Shown here: in pieces, positions 1-8,748 of the stretch | Layout: each line of letters opens with the position of its first letter | Position numbering within the stretch: position 1 is the first letter of the stretch | Source of the DNA: an uncultured Flavobacteriales bacterium | GTDB lineage: Bacteria; Bacteroidota; Bacteroidia; Flavobacteriales; Schleiferiaceae | Direction: 5' to 3' | Assembly (NCBI GenBank): GCA_937929815.1 | Contig: CALFUW010000034.1 | Span: 1 to 61,039, forward strand | Length of the DNA: 61,039 nt | Translations under genes and position numbers: made by a program | The notes under the pieces: model-generated | The model's database searches: none | Seen by the model: the letters and a program-made list of their open reading frames with translations, nothing else | What the model was told of the DNA's origin: nothing

Positions 1-2963
1 CCACTCGAACCTACAGTTACGGTGCCTGAGAGGGTTCCCACAATGTTGTAGCTATTAATTGTACCACCAATAGGAAATGCATCCGTCTGCAAGTTAACAG
101 AAGTTTGAGGATTTGCAAAAGTTCCGCTGTTGATACCTACGTTGATGGCCGGAGACTCATCCTGTGCTACCACAAAGTACTGAATCTCGTCACCTACAGA
201 GACGCTTCCTCCGTTGATGATTGAATAGTCAATCGTGAAGTCGAAGGGCGAACCCGTGCTGCTGGTTTCCACATATTTCCAGCCGTTGTCCGATGCGGTG
301 TTGCCTGCAAACGTATTGACGTCTGTGGACTTCTTGTAGTACAGCCTTGGTTTGTTGGTGGTGGTATTGACTCCGCTGGCGTCGGTGATGGTGGCAAAGC
401 CGGTCAGCACGCGATTCGGGGCTACAATGCCGTTTCCAAGAGGGGTGTAGGTGATGGACGGAGGTGTCAGGTCTATACCGATTCCGTAAAACTCATCGGC
501 TCCTACATCCGGAGTGGTTGCATCTCTGGGATCTCCCTCAAAGTCGGTGGTGATAGCCACAGGCACTGTGATGGGTATGCCGCCGGACTCGATTTGAGTA
601 GCGGTAGTCGTGCTGATCTTCAGGTCATAGGGAGGTGTCGTCACGTTGATAAAAGGTGGATTCTCAGTAAATGAGCTGGCATCTCTCGGTGCCACTCTTG
701 TTCTATAAGCAGCTATGGTTTGATCGGAGTTGGTGCCGTCGTAAAAGATGAGGTTATCCGGTCCCGGAGTGCCGGCGTAAAACAGGTTGTTGTTCGACGA
801 ATTGTCATAATTATTTAACGCTATTCCTGATCGCATATAGGCGACCGCCTTTCCCGTGCCTTTGGGTGATGTTGCATTTACCAAGATATTGTTGCGCATT
901 ACCAGATTCGCAGTGGTTGCAGTTGCATTAGCTGTGTGAAAGATACAAGCAGAGCCAAAGTCGGTTCCACCTGAAGTGCCATCCAGGTAAACGGTATTAT
1001 AGTAAACATAGACGTTGGTAGTGACAACTGCAGTGGTAATGTTTATACCTCGTACGGCTGGCGCCGTTGCTGTGTTTGTACTGGCGTTCGGGGCTTTGAT
1101 CTCGCTGATGTAGTTGTTGTAGATGTTGGCGAAACCACTTGTTCCCAAACTCCCCTGAAGGATACCTGAAACAGTAGGATTGGTTGCATTGGTGCTCTGT
1201 ATGTTGTAGATGCGGTTGTTAAATACGCTGGGGGAGCTACTTAAATTGATAATTCCTGCTATTGTTGTTCCTGCGCCTGTGATGTTATAAACCGTATTGC
1301 CGGACATCGTACGGGTGCCGGTAGTAGTAAAGTGATATATCCCATATACAGTACCTGTACCATTGTGGGTCAGGTTATATACATTGTTGTTGTTAACCGT
1401 TTCATTGGTTGGGCTGCCTATGTTATATATACCATAAAGAGGACCGGTACCAAGTGTTTTAACACATTGCAGATTGTACACGTTGTTGTTATTGACCGTA
1501 ATAGTTCCTGCAGAGGTTTGTATTCCATACATAGTACTGCTTGAACCAGTACCACTGATGGACAGGTCGTTGACGGTATTGTTATTGACATTGATTGTCA
1601 TCCCTGTTGTACCGGAAAGCACATAAATACCAATGGTGGTACCGCCTGTAGTACCCGTGCGGCTGATGTTGGATACGGTATTTCCCGTAATATTAAACGT
1701 GGAGGCCGCATTAGACCCTGAAGTGAATATAGGATATACGGTACCGCTACCCGTTAAAGTCGGGGCACTGTAGGACATATTGGAAACCGTGTTGTTCTGA
1801 ATATTGAGTGTGGAGGGGGTGGCGTTCCAATTGTATATTCCAAAGAAGGTACCTGATGTGGCCGTCAGATATTCACCCGTGATGGTGTTGTTATTAATAT
1901 TAACGGTATTTAAAGCAGGTGTAATACCTATGCCATTTACAATGGCTTGAACTAAATAGGTGTTTCCTCCACCTTTGATGGTAACGTTGTTGTTGTTGAT
2001 GGTCGCATTGGCGCTGGTGCCGGATTCGGCATATATTCCTCTCAATTCATGGGGATGATTTACCCCTGAACCATCGTTGTTATTTAATGTGTTGTAAGAG
2101 ATATTGATGCTCCATTGGTTGACGACACGGATGCCAGCTGAAGGGCTGGCTGCTGAGGGAGCACCGCCGTAGTTCTTGATGGTGTTTCCGTGGGAGGCTG
2201 TCGTACCTCCGATTTCGTTGCCAAGGTCTCCAAGAAATGTGTTTGGATCCGGAGATGGTCCGACCCCTGCAGTAGCCGCAAATCCATTGATCACAATACC
2301 GTAGTTACAATTTTGAATAGTATTGCTTCTGAAAGTATTAAAGGAATTAGAACCCGCCGAAGAGGTTGGGGTAAGAGCCATGGTCTGTGCAGCAATGGTT
2401 GAATTCACTACATTGATAGCTTTCGAACCTTCTACGGAAGGACCGCCACCGGCAGCGTTGTTGACTCTTTTTAATGTTATGGTGCAATTCTTAATCGTAA
2501 CATACTGGCAGCCATCTGAAGCAGAGGCTTTAAACAAACCGTATCCCCATTCCATCGTAGCCGGATTTGTCGTGTTGGGGTCAATCAGGTCTATGCCATC
2601 GATCGTCACATAATCTGAACCTACCAGAGCAAATATACCATCCTGCGAGGCAGAACTTGGTGTTTGCGTTCCAGTGTAGGCGGTGATTAAGGGATTGGCT
2701 CCTGTACCGCTCTTCTGAAAAACGATGGGGTTGGCAGCAGTACCGGTAGCTGTGAGCACGATGGTGGCGCTGATGGTCTCCGTGTGACCGGCGGCTACAT
2801 TGAAGGTGACCCCACCGGCGCCGACGCCTTTGGCGTTCACATCGGCCACCGCTGCCGCGATGGTGGCATAGTCACCGGGTATGGTCTTGATGCCCGTAAG
2901 GGGCTGAGAATAGCCGTATCCTAAAAACAACAGGATCACAGCCAATGTGTACACTTTTTTCAT
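1..2963 (-). CDS. Large secreted right-handed beta-helix repeat surface protein (probable T9SS cargo/adhesin), 3' end truncated by the window edge
   Basis: Missed by the ORF track because there is no stop in the window. ATG at 2963 gives MKKVYTLAVILLFLGYGYSQ (Sec signal), then LTGIKTIPGDYATIAAAVADVNAKGV, YVTIDGI, many N/T/G/I-rich 'INNNTI/GNTVYNI/YGIY' coils and a GDPRDATTPDVGADEF motif. Open frame through to base 3. Confidence 0.9.
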   Translation of the reverse strand, partial: MKKVYTLAVILLFLGYGYSQPLTGIKTIPGDYATIAAAVADVNAKGVGAGGVTFNVAAGHTETISATIVLTATGTAANPIVFQKSGTGANPLITAYTGTQTPSSASQDGIFALVGSDYVTIDGIDLIDPNTTNPATMEWGYGLFKASASDGCQYVTIKNCTITLKRVNNAAGGGPSVEGSKAINVVNSTIAAQTMALTPTSSAGSNSFNTFRSNTIQNCNYGIVINGFAATAGVGPSPDPNTFLGDLGNEIGGTTASHGNTIKNYGGAPSAASPSAGIRVVNQWSINISYNTLNNNDGSGVNHPHELRGIYAESGTSANATINNNNVTIKGGGNTYLVQAIVNGIGITPALNTVNINNNTITGEYLTATSGTFFGIYNWNATPSTLNIQNNTVSNMSYSAPTLTGSGTVYPIFTSGSNAASTFNITGNTVSNISRTGTTGGTTIGIYVLSGTTGMTINVNNNTVNDLSISGTGSSSTMYGIQTSAGTITVNNNNVYNLQCVKTLGTGPLYGIYNIGSPTNETVNNNNVYNLTHNGTGTVYGIYHFTTTGTRTMSGNTVYNITGAGTTIAGIINLSSSPSVFNNRIYNIQSTNATNPTVSGILQGSLGTSGFANIYNNYISEIKAPNASTNTATAPAVRGINITTAVVTTNVYVYYNTVYLDGTSGGTDFGSACIFHTANATATTANLVMRNNILVNATSPKGTGKAVAYMRSGIALNNYDNSSNNNLFYAGTPGPDNLIFYDGTNSDQTIAAYRTRVAPRDASSFTENPPFINVTTPPYDLKISTTTATQIESGGIPITVPVAITTDFEGDPRDATTPDVGADEFYGIGIDLTPPSITYTPLGNGIVAPNRVLTGFATITDASGVNTTTNKPRLYYKKSTDVNTFAGNTASDNGWKYVETSSTGSPFDFTIDYSIINGGSVSVGDEIQYFVVAQDESPAINVGINSGTFANPQTSVNLQTDAFPIGGTINSYNIVGTLSGTVTVGSS

Positions 2964-3333
2964 GTGGGAATTATTTGGGTACAATGTTACGGAAAGAAGT
3001 ACATCACAACGTAAGGACTTTTGTTAAAATTTGATTTTTTCTTTACGAAACCGACAAAGAGGCAACTTTTTTCTTTTTTATAACATGTTAATATTAAGTA
3101 CTTTTCGTCGTTTTTAAATTTTTTTTGTTTATATTTTATAATATATTCCTTATTAATTTTTTAAGATTACCGGAATGTTATGTTCATTTGATACTTTTAA
3201 TTTATTGATTTGATTAATATTTATTATATTTTGTTATATAAATACTTACAAAAAATAAAATATAGATTCATTAAAGTAAGTTTGAGAACAAGGCAGAGCA
3301 GGCAACGTTTTAAAAGATAAAAACATACGAGAG

Positions 3334-3510
3334 ATGTTTTCACTGTTTAAAAAGAAAAACCCGGTAGCAAACCTTCAGAAAAAGTACGAAAAACTTCTGG
3401 CCGAGGCCTACAGGTTGTCCCATACCGATCGGAAAAAATCCGATCTGCTCACAGCCGAGGCCAATGAGGTTTTGAAAGAGATTGAGCGACTGAGGAAAAA
3501 CGAACCATAA
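3334..3510 (+). CDS. Small helical protein, Lacal_2735-like family (58 aa)
   Basis: Hand translation MFSLFKKKNPVANLQKKYEKLLAEAYRLSHTDRKKSDLLTAEANEVLKEIERLRKNEP*. Matches the MFxLFKKK...LQKKYEKL..EA..LS..R..SD...AEA pattern of this Bacteroidota family. Below the track's length cutoff. Confidence 0.8.
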   Translation: MFSLFKKKNPVANLQKKYEKLLAEAYRLSHTDRKKSDLLTAEANEVLKEIERLRKNEP

Positions 3511-3626
3511 AAAGTACTTTGCCCTGACGCACATCCAGGAAAAAATTCTTTGAGCCAGAAGTCAAAGGAGGTTATCCGATTGTTTAGAGGATGTCCGCCA
3601 TTGGCATTTGCAGGTATTCGGACGAA

Positions 3627-4928
3627 TCAGAGGTTAGCTTGACCCGTTGTATCGTGATTTCCGGCTTCTTTTCGCAGTTGCTGTATTCTTTTGATGGCCT
3701 GCTGTTCGCGTTCGTTGTTGCCCGGATGATAGAATGTCTTGCCGATCAGCGAATCCGGCAGACAGTGCTGATCTGTAATATTTCCTTCAAAATGGTGTGC
3801 ATATTTATAGTCCTGTCCGTATCCAAGGTCTTTCATCAGAGGGGTCGGAGCATTTCGGAGGTGTAGAGGCACGGGCAGCTGGCCACTGCGCGCCACCTCG
3901 GCGAGGGCATTGTCAATGGCCGTGTAGGCGGTGTTGCTCTTGGGAGACTGAGCTAAGTAAATGGTACATACCGACAAAGGAATACGGGCTTCCGGCATTC
4001 CGATTTTGTGTACACTGTCGAAGGTAGAATTGGCCAGCACAAGACCGGTAGGGTTAGCCAGGCCTACATCTTCGGCAGCAAGTATGATCAGTCTGCGGGC
4101 GATGAAGATCGGATCTTCGCCGGCATCGAGCATCCGGGCCAGGTAGTACACTGCGGCATCTGCATCGCTGTTTCGCACGCTTTTGATAAAGGCTGAAATC
4201 AGATTGTAATGTTCTTCGCCCGTCTTGTCGTGATAAGGTGTTTTGCGCTGAAGGATCTGAAGACATCGCTCCGGAGTGATGACTTCGCCTTCGCCGGCAT
4301 TGAGGGCGATGATTTCAACGAGGTTGAGCAACTTTCGGCCATCACCACAGGCCATTTGAATAAGCACCTCTCTTTCCGGAATTTTTAGGTTCAGAGGTCT
4401 GATCAATGTATCCGACCCGAGTGCACGGTCAACCAGTCGCGACAAATCATCGGGACTCAATGCATTGAGCACATAAACGTGCATACGGGAAAGCAAAGCT
4501 TTGTTGATTTCAAAGGAAGGATTTTCGGTCGTTGCCCCGATGAGGATGATCTGACCGCGCTCTACTGCCTGCAACAATCCATCCTGCTGGGTTTTGTTAA
4601 ATCTGTGGATTTCATCAATGAATAGGACAGGAGTCCCTTTGGAAAAGAGATTGCGCTCCGGTGAGGCCTTTTCGAGAATGTCCCGCACATCGCGCACTCC
4701 AGCCGATACTGCCGAAAGGGTAAAAAATGTACGTTGACACGAATGGGCAATGATTTCGGCCAATGTCGTTTTTCCGGTGCCTGGCGGACCCCAAAGGATC
4801 ATGGAGACGGGCTGCCGCGACCGGATCATGACCTCAATGGGCTTGCCATAACCTGTAAGGTGCTCCTGTCCTATACATTCAGCGAGATTTTTTGGGCGGA
4901 GACGTTCAGCTAAGGGCGGGTGATTCAT
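3627..4928 (-). CDS. rarA: Replication-associated recombination protein A (MgsA AAA+ ATPase)
   Basis: PLAERLRP, GPPGTGKTT Walker A, FIDEIHRFNK, GATTENPSF, YNLISAFIKSVR, VPLHLRNAPT. Confidence 0.96.
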   Translation of the reverse strand: MNHPPLAERLRPKNLAECIGQEHLTGYGKPIEVMIRSRQPVSMILWGPPGTGKTTLAEIIAHSCQRTFFTLSAVSAGVRDVRDILEKASPERNLFSKGTPVLFIDEIHRFNKTQQDGLLQAVERGQIILIGATTENPSFEINKALLSRMHVYVLNALSPDDLSRLVDRALGSDTLIRPLNLKIPEREVLIQMACGDGRKLLNLVEIIALNAGEGEVITPERCLQILQRKTPYHDKTGEEHYNLISAFIKSVRNSDADAAVYYLARMLDAGEDPIFIARRLIILAAEDVGLANPTGLVLANSTFDSVHKIGMPEARIPLSVCTIYLAQSPKSNTAYTAIDNALAEVARSGQLPVPLHLRNAPTPLMKDLGYGQDYKYAHHFEGNITDQHCLPDSLIGKTFYHPGNNEREQQAIKRIQQLRKEAGNHDTTGQANL

Positions 4929-6946
4929 GATTCGGACGTGGCTTTTTCGAAGGTCAGGGTAAAGGTAGTACCCTGGCCGGGTTTTGAGCGGAGTTCGATC
5001 GTGCCATTCATTGCATCGACCAGCTCTTTGATCAGCACCCTGCCGATGCCTGTACCTTTTTCGCCGGCCGTGCCTGTGCTCACCACGTCAGCACCGTCTT
5101 TGAGAAAGAAGGAATTCACCTGTTCATCACTCATTCCGACTCCGGTATCCGAAACTTCAATTTCAACCCTACCTCCGGCGGACTCACGTACTTGCACCGA
5201 TACCTTGCCACCCTGAGGGGTGAACTTGATGGAGTTGACCAGCAGATTCCGGAGAACCACCTCCAAATAAAATTCATCGGCTACAATCAATGCGCCTGTT
5301 TCGAAATCAAAATCCAATACTATGGATTTGATGTCGGCTTGCAGTTTGATCTGTTCTTCCACCTTGCGGAGCACCTGACCGACACTGACTTTACGCCTTA
5401 CTGGTCGCAGGTCAGAAGTATTTATTTGTGCAAAGATGAGCAGATTCTGCAGGATTGATGCTGTCTTCCGGGCAGACGATTGCAGGAGCTGAAGCACCGA
5501 TCGGTCGTAAGCCTTTGGGTCGTCTTTATACACATCCAGCAGGCCGGTCACATTGGATAGACTTCCCTTAAGGTCATGCCCTACGATGGTCAGAAGTTTA
5601 TTCAGATATTCATTTTTCGCCTTGAGCTCAGCAGCGGTCTTTGTAAGAGCTGCATTGGCCTCCCTGAGATTTTTTGTTTGTTTTTCGACTTCTTCTTTGA
5701 GCAGAAGGTTTTGTTGGCGGATGATATTTTCTTTTTCTACGGATTCCCTGAGGAGGGATTCTTTCAATCGCTGGCGTTCGCGCAGGCCTTCATTTACTCG
5801 GTCTGCTACCGCGATGGAGAGCACCGTAATGTCAAATGCTGATCCAATCTGTGAGGCGTGAATGAGCAATGGCTCGTTTGGCAGAACATTCATCCGTGAT
5901 AGAATGGAGACAATCACGCCCACCAACAGGAATGAAAACGCAACTACATAGTAAAATGCCGGCCTGTACCCTCTGATCATCAGCGCTACGCCGGCAATCA
6001 GCATCAGTAGGCAACCGATGGAGCCCACCAATTGTACGACGGTATTGGCCAGCATTTTTTGACCGACAAAGGGAAGAATAAACACCGGTACATTGACCCA
6101 AAACACACCCCACAGCACAACTGTCCAAAACTTTGAGAACGTTTCAGGTCTTAAAAATTTGATAGAGAAAAGGGTGGTAAAAATACCCAAGCCAAAGATC
6201 ACCGGCTCATAGGTATTAATCGAGGGAATTCCCGGCCACAGGTATTGGAATGTGTAACCGTTTAGATGCAAGGTAATCAGTGCCGTAGCAAGGGTATGAA
6301 AGATATACCAGTAGTATATGGAATCTCGGATCGTCAAGTAGAGAAACAAATTGTAAAAAACAATGAGCATCACAAAACCAATGTAGATTCCCTGTAGAAT
6401 GGATTCGATGGTATTCTGCGAGTTGAGGCTTCTCCAGGAATACATCGTCAGAGGAAACTGAATGTTGTAAAAACTTTTCACCCGTATAAAAACCTGATAC
6501 TGACCCGGAGGAATGATGAATTTGAAGTAATTTCCGTTAATTTCACGGTGTTGAAAGGGGTACGAGGAACCGGTGAAGTATTCTTTGACCACAACACCGT
6601 TGCGCAACAGGTAAAATTCTATAGAATCAATGATCGGATATCCCAACTCAAGAATTACTTCCTGATAGGAAAGATTGCTGATGTCTGCACACAGCCATAC
6701 CGGATTGAGATTTGTGCCGAGATGAAAATTGTCTTTGTTCCAGGGCACAAAAGAATCAATATATTGCGTTACATTTCTTACCGAAACTATATTGCTGCTA
6801 TCGATATAATATTTGAAATAGGTTGAAACCGATCTGCCGCTTTTGAGATCCTGGTCAGAGGTGATATTAATAATCCTAAGCGCGCTGACCTGTGTGAGAA
6901 AGAGAACATTTAAATAAACAATAAGCGTAAGACGTTTCAATGCCAT
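4925..6946 (-). CDS. 7TM-DISM sensor histidine kinase
   Basis: Extracellular 7TMR-DISMED2-like domain, seven hydrophobic helices, H-box GHDLKGSL, N-box NLLVNSIKFT, DTGVGM and GTGIG boxes. Overlaps the rarA start by 4 nt. Confidence 0.9.
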   Translation of the reverse strand: MALKRLTLIVYLNVLFLTQVSALRIINITSDQDLKSGRSVSTYFKYYIDSSNIVSVRNVTQYIDSFVPWNKDNFHLGTNLNPVWLCADISNLSYQEVILELGYPIIDSIEFYLLRNGVVVKEYFTGSSYPFQHREINGNYFKFIIPPGQYQVFIRVKSFYNIQFPLTMYSWRSLNSQNTIESILQGIYIGFVMLIVFYNLFLYLTIRDSIYYWYIFHTLATALITLHLNGYTFQYLWPGIPSINTYEPVIFGLGIFTTLFSIKFLRPETFSKFWTVVLWGVFWVNVPVFILPFVGQKMLANTVVQLVGSIGCLLMLIAGVALMIRGYRPAFYYVVAFSFLLVGVIVSILSRMNVLPNEPLLIHASQIGSAFDITVLSIAVADRVNEGLRERQRLKESLLRESVEKENIIRQQNLLLKEEVEKQTKNLREANAALTKTAAELKAKNEYLNKLLTIVGHDLKGSLSNVTGLLDVYKDDPKAYDRSVLQLLQSSARKTASILQNLLIFAQINTSDLRPVRRKVSVGQVLRKVEEQIKLQADIKSIVLDFDFETGALIVADEFYLEVVLRNLLVNSIKFTPQGGKVSVQVRESAGGRVEIEVSDTGVGMSDEQVNSFFLKDGADVVSTGTAGEKGTGIGRVLIKELVDAMNGTIELRSKPGQGTTFTLTFEKATSES

Positions 6947-6983
6947 ACGTTGGCTATGGTATCAATCGACGTAAAAGTAAAAC

Positions 6984-6991
6984 TATATTTG
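6984..6991 (+). promoter_or_regulatory. Bacteroidota sigma-A -7 element for msrB
   Basis: TATATTTG matches TAnnTTTG, 27 nt before the ATG at 7018. Confidence 0.55.
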
Positions 6992-7017
6992 TAATACAAA
7001 ACTGTTTTTTAAACAAA

Positions 7018-7515
7018 ATGAAACTTTTGTACTTTATAGTTATGATTGGTATGATGACATCAGCGGCAAGATGTCAAAATACTTCCTCAAAAGCAGCTTC
7101 TACCAAGAAAAAAATACCGTTTGAAATGAACCTGAGCGAAGAAGAATGGAAAAAAAGACTTACTCCGGAGGAGTTTTATGTCCTTCGGCAGAAAGGTACT
7201 GAGAGGCCATTTACAGGCAAATTTTATAAGCACTTCGATGAAGGAACCTATGTGTGCAAAGGGTGCGGCAACGAGCTTTTTGATTCGGAGAGCAAGTTTG
7301 ACAGCCACTGCGGATGGCCAAGTTATGACCGAACCCTCAGCCCCGGCAGCATTGTGGAGAAACCTGACTATTCGTACGGAATGATACGCACAGAGGTGCT
7401 GTGCTCCAGGTGTGGAGGGCATCTGGGGCATGTGTTTGACGACGGTCCGACTTCCACAGGTCTGAGATACTGTATCAACTCTGTAGCCATTGATTTTAAA
7501 AAAAAAGATAAGTAG
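7018..7515 (+). CDS. msrB: Peptide methionine (R)-sulfoxide reductase, with N-terminal signal
   Basis: GTERPFTG, CKGC, GWPSY, RTEVLCSRCGGHLGHVFDDGP, RYCINS. Start at ATG 7018 preferred over 6940. Confidence 0.95.
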   Translation: MKLLYFIVMIGMMTSAARCQNTSSKAASTKKKIPFEMNLSEEEWKKRLTPEEFYVLRQKGTERPFTGKFYKHFDEGTYVCKGCGNELFDSESKFDSHCGWPSYDRTLSPGSIVEKPDYSYGMIRTEVLCSRCGGHLGHVFDDGPTSTGLRYCINSVAIDFKKKDK

Positions 7516-7523
7516 CTATACTC

Positions 7524-8282
7524 TTGAAATTCAGCAGTAGTTCACCTGTTTTTTTAATTCCTAAGTTTGAATCATCAACAGCAATTCAACCGGCAATCCG
7601 ATCCGATTTCTGGATACTACCTGCGATTGTAACGATGACAATACTTGTGGTCTATTGGCTGGATGAATATTTCTATCTTGATCTATATCGGTTTGGTCTC
7701 TTGCCCAGGTCGATTCACGGTCTTACAGGTATTCTCACTACCCCCTTTATCCACAGCAGCCTTTCTCACCTGTTTAACAATTTAGTGCCGCTCACAATTC
7801 TGCTGATTGCTATTGGGTACTTTTATTCAGATATAGCTTACAAAATTTTCTTATCAGGATATCTGCTCACCGGATTTCTGGTGTGGATGGTCGCACGTGA
7901 AAGCTATCACGTAGGCGCCAGCGGACAGGTGTATGCTTTTGCAGCATTTGTATTTTTCAGTGGTATTTTGAGAGGCAAGGTTCATCTGCTGGCCATTTCG
8001 CTGCTGGTGGCATTTTTATACGGGGGCTTGTTTTGGGGGATTTTTCCCTTTCATTCCCATATTTCATGGGAATCACACCTGGCCGGAGGCATCACAGGAT
8101 TTGTTACAGCATTGTATTTTCGCCATCATGAACCCTATTATTCTTCGCCCTTTGATGAGAATCTACAAAAAAAGGATTCATTCATCCACCTTTATCCAAA
8201 AAGTCCGGCCGGGTACGAAACAAGCGTTTCGGATGCCCGATACAAAATTATCTGTTACCAATCATCAGAGGCAGGCAAGTAG
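7524..8282 (+). CDS. Rhomboid family intramembrane serine protease
   Basis: HSSLSHLFNN, catalytic GASG, SWESHLAGG, multiple TM helices. Start uncertain. Confidence 0.88.
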   Translation: MKFSSSSPVFLIPKFESSTAIQPAIRSDFWILPAIVTMTILVVYWLDEYFYLDLYRFGLLPRSIHGLTGILTTPFIHSSLSHLFNNLVPLTILLIAIGYFYSDIAYKIFLSGYLLTGFLVWMVARESYHVGASGQVYAFAAFVFFSGILRGKVHLLAISLLVAFLYGGLFWGIFPFHSHISWESHLAGGITGFVTALYFRHHEPYYSSPFDENLQKKDSFIHLYPKSPAGYETSVSDARYKIICYQSSEAGK

Positions 8283-8748
8283 GCTCATCGCTTCATTCGT
8301 CTTAACGTTTTTTGGCTTTGCCTCCGCTGGTCAAAATCTGCTTTATGTAAAGCATCCGGAAAAATCCCCCCAACTTCGGATAAAACCAGGCATGGAAATC
8401 ACTGCCATTCAATATCGCGACAGCACAAAAATCCGTGGATTGGTCGGGAAGATATCACAAGAATCCATAGAGATCAACCACTATCAAATACCCTATCAAT
8501 GGATAGATGAAATTCAACATCAAAATCAACTGGTATTCATCCTCGGAAGCGCTTTTTTGTATGCCGGAATGTTTGCCATTCTGATTCCTCCCATCAACAA
8601 TTCGATCAACCGTATGCCTGCATGGGACCGGGATTACCTGTTGACAGGTGCCATACTGATTCCTACTGGATTTGCAATCCGAAAGCTTTCGGTAAAAAAA
8701 TTTAAAAAACGAAAAGGATACTACTGGCAATACTACGATTTGGAGTGA
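8233..8748 (+). CDS. Hypothetical exported/membrane protein (small beta domain plus two C-terminal TM helices)
   Basis: ORF fills the gap between the rhomboid gene and tamL, with a signal-like segment and hydrophobic C-terminal helices. Start uncertain (track gives 8101). Confidence 0.6.
   Translation: MPDTKLSVTNHQRQASRLIASFVLTFFGFASAGQNLLYVKHPEKSPQLRIKPGMEITAIQYRDSTKIRGLVGKISQESIEINHYQIPYQWIDEIQHQNQLVFILGSAFLYAGMFAILIPPINNSINRMPAWDRDYLLTGAILIPTGFAIRKLSVKKFKKRKGYYWQYYDLE

Noticed and set aside
194-2613. Several short track ORFs (67-96 aa)
   Set aside because: All overlap the real long minus-strand beta-helix gene.
3340-3534. 64-aa minus-strand track ORF
   Set aside because: Shadow of the plus-strand 58-aa protein at 3334-3510.
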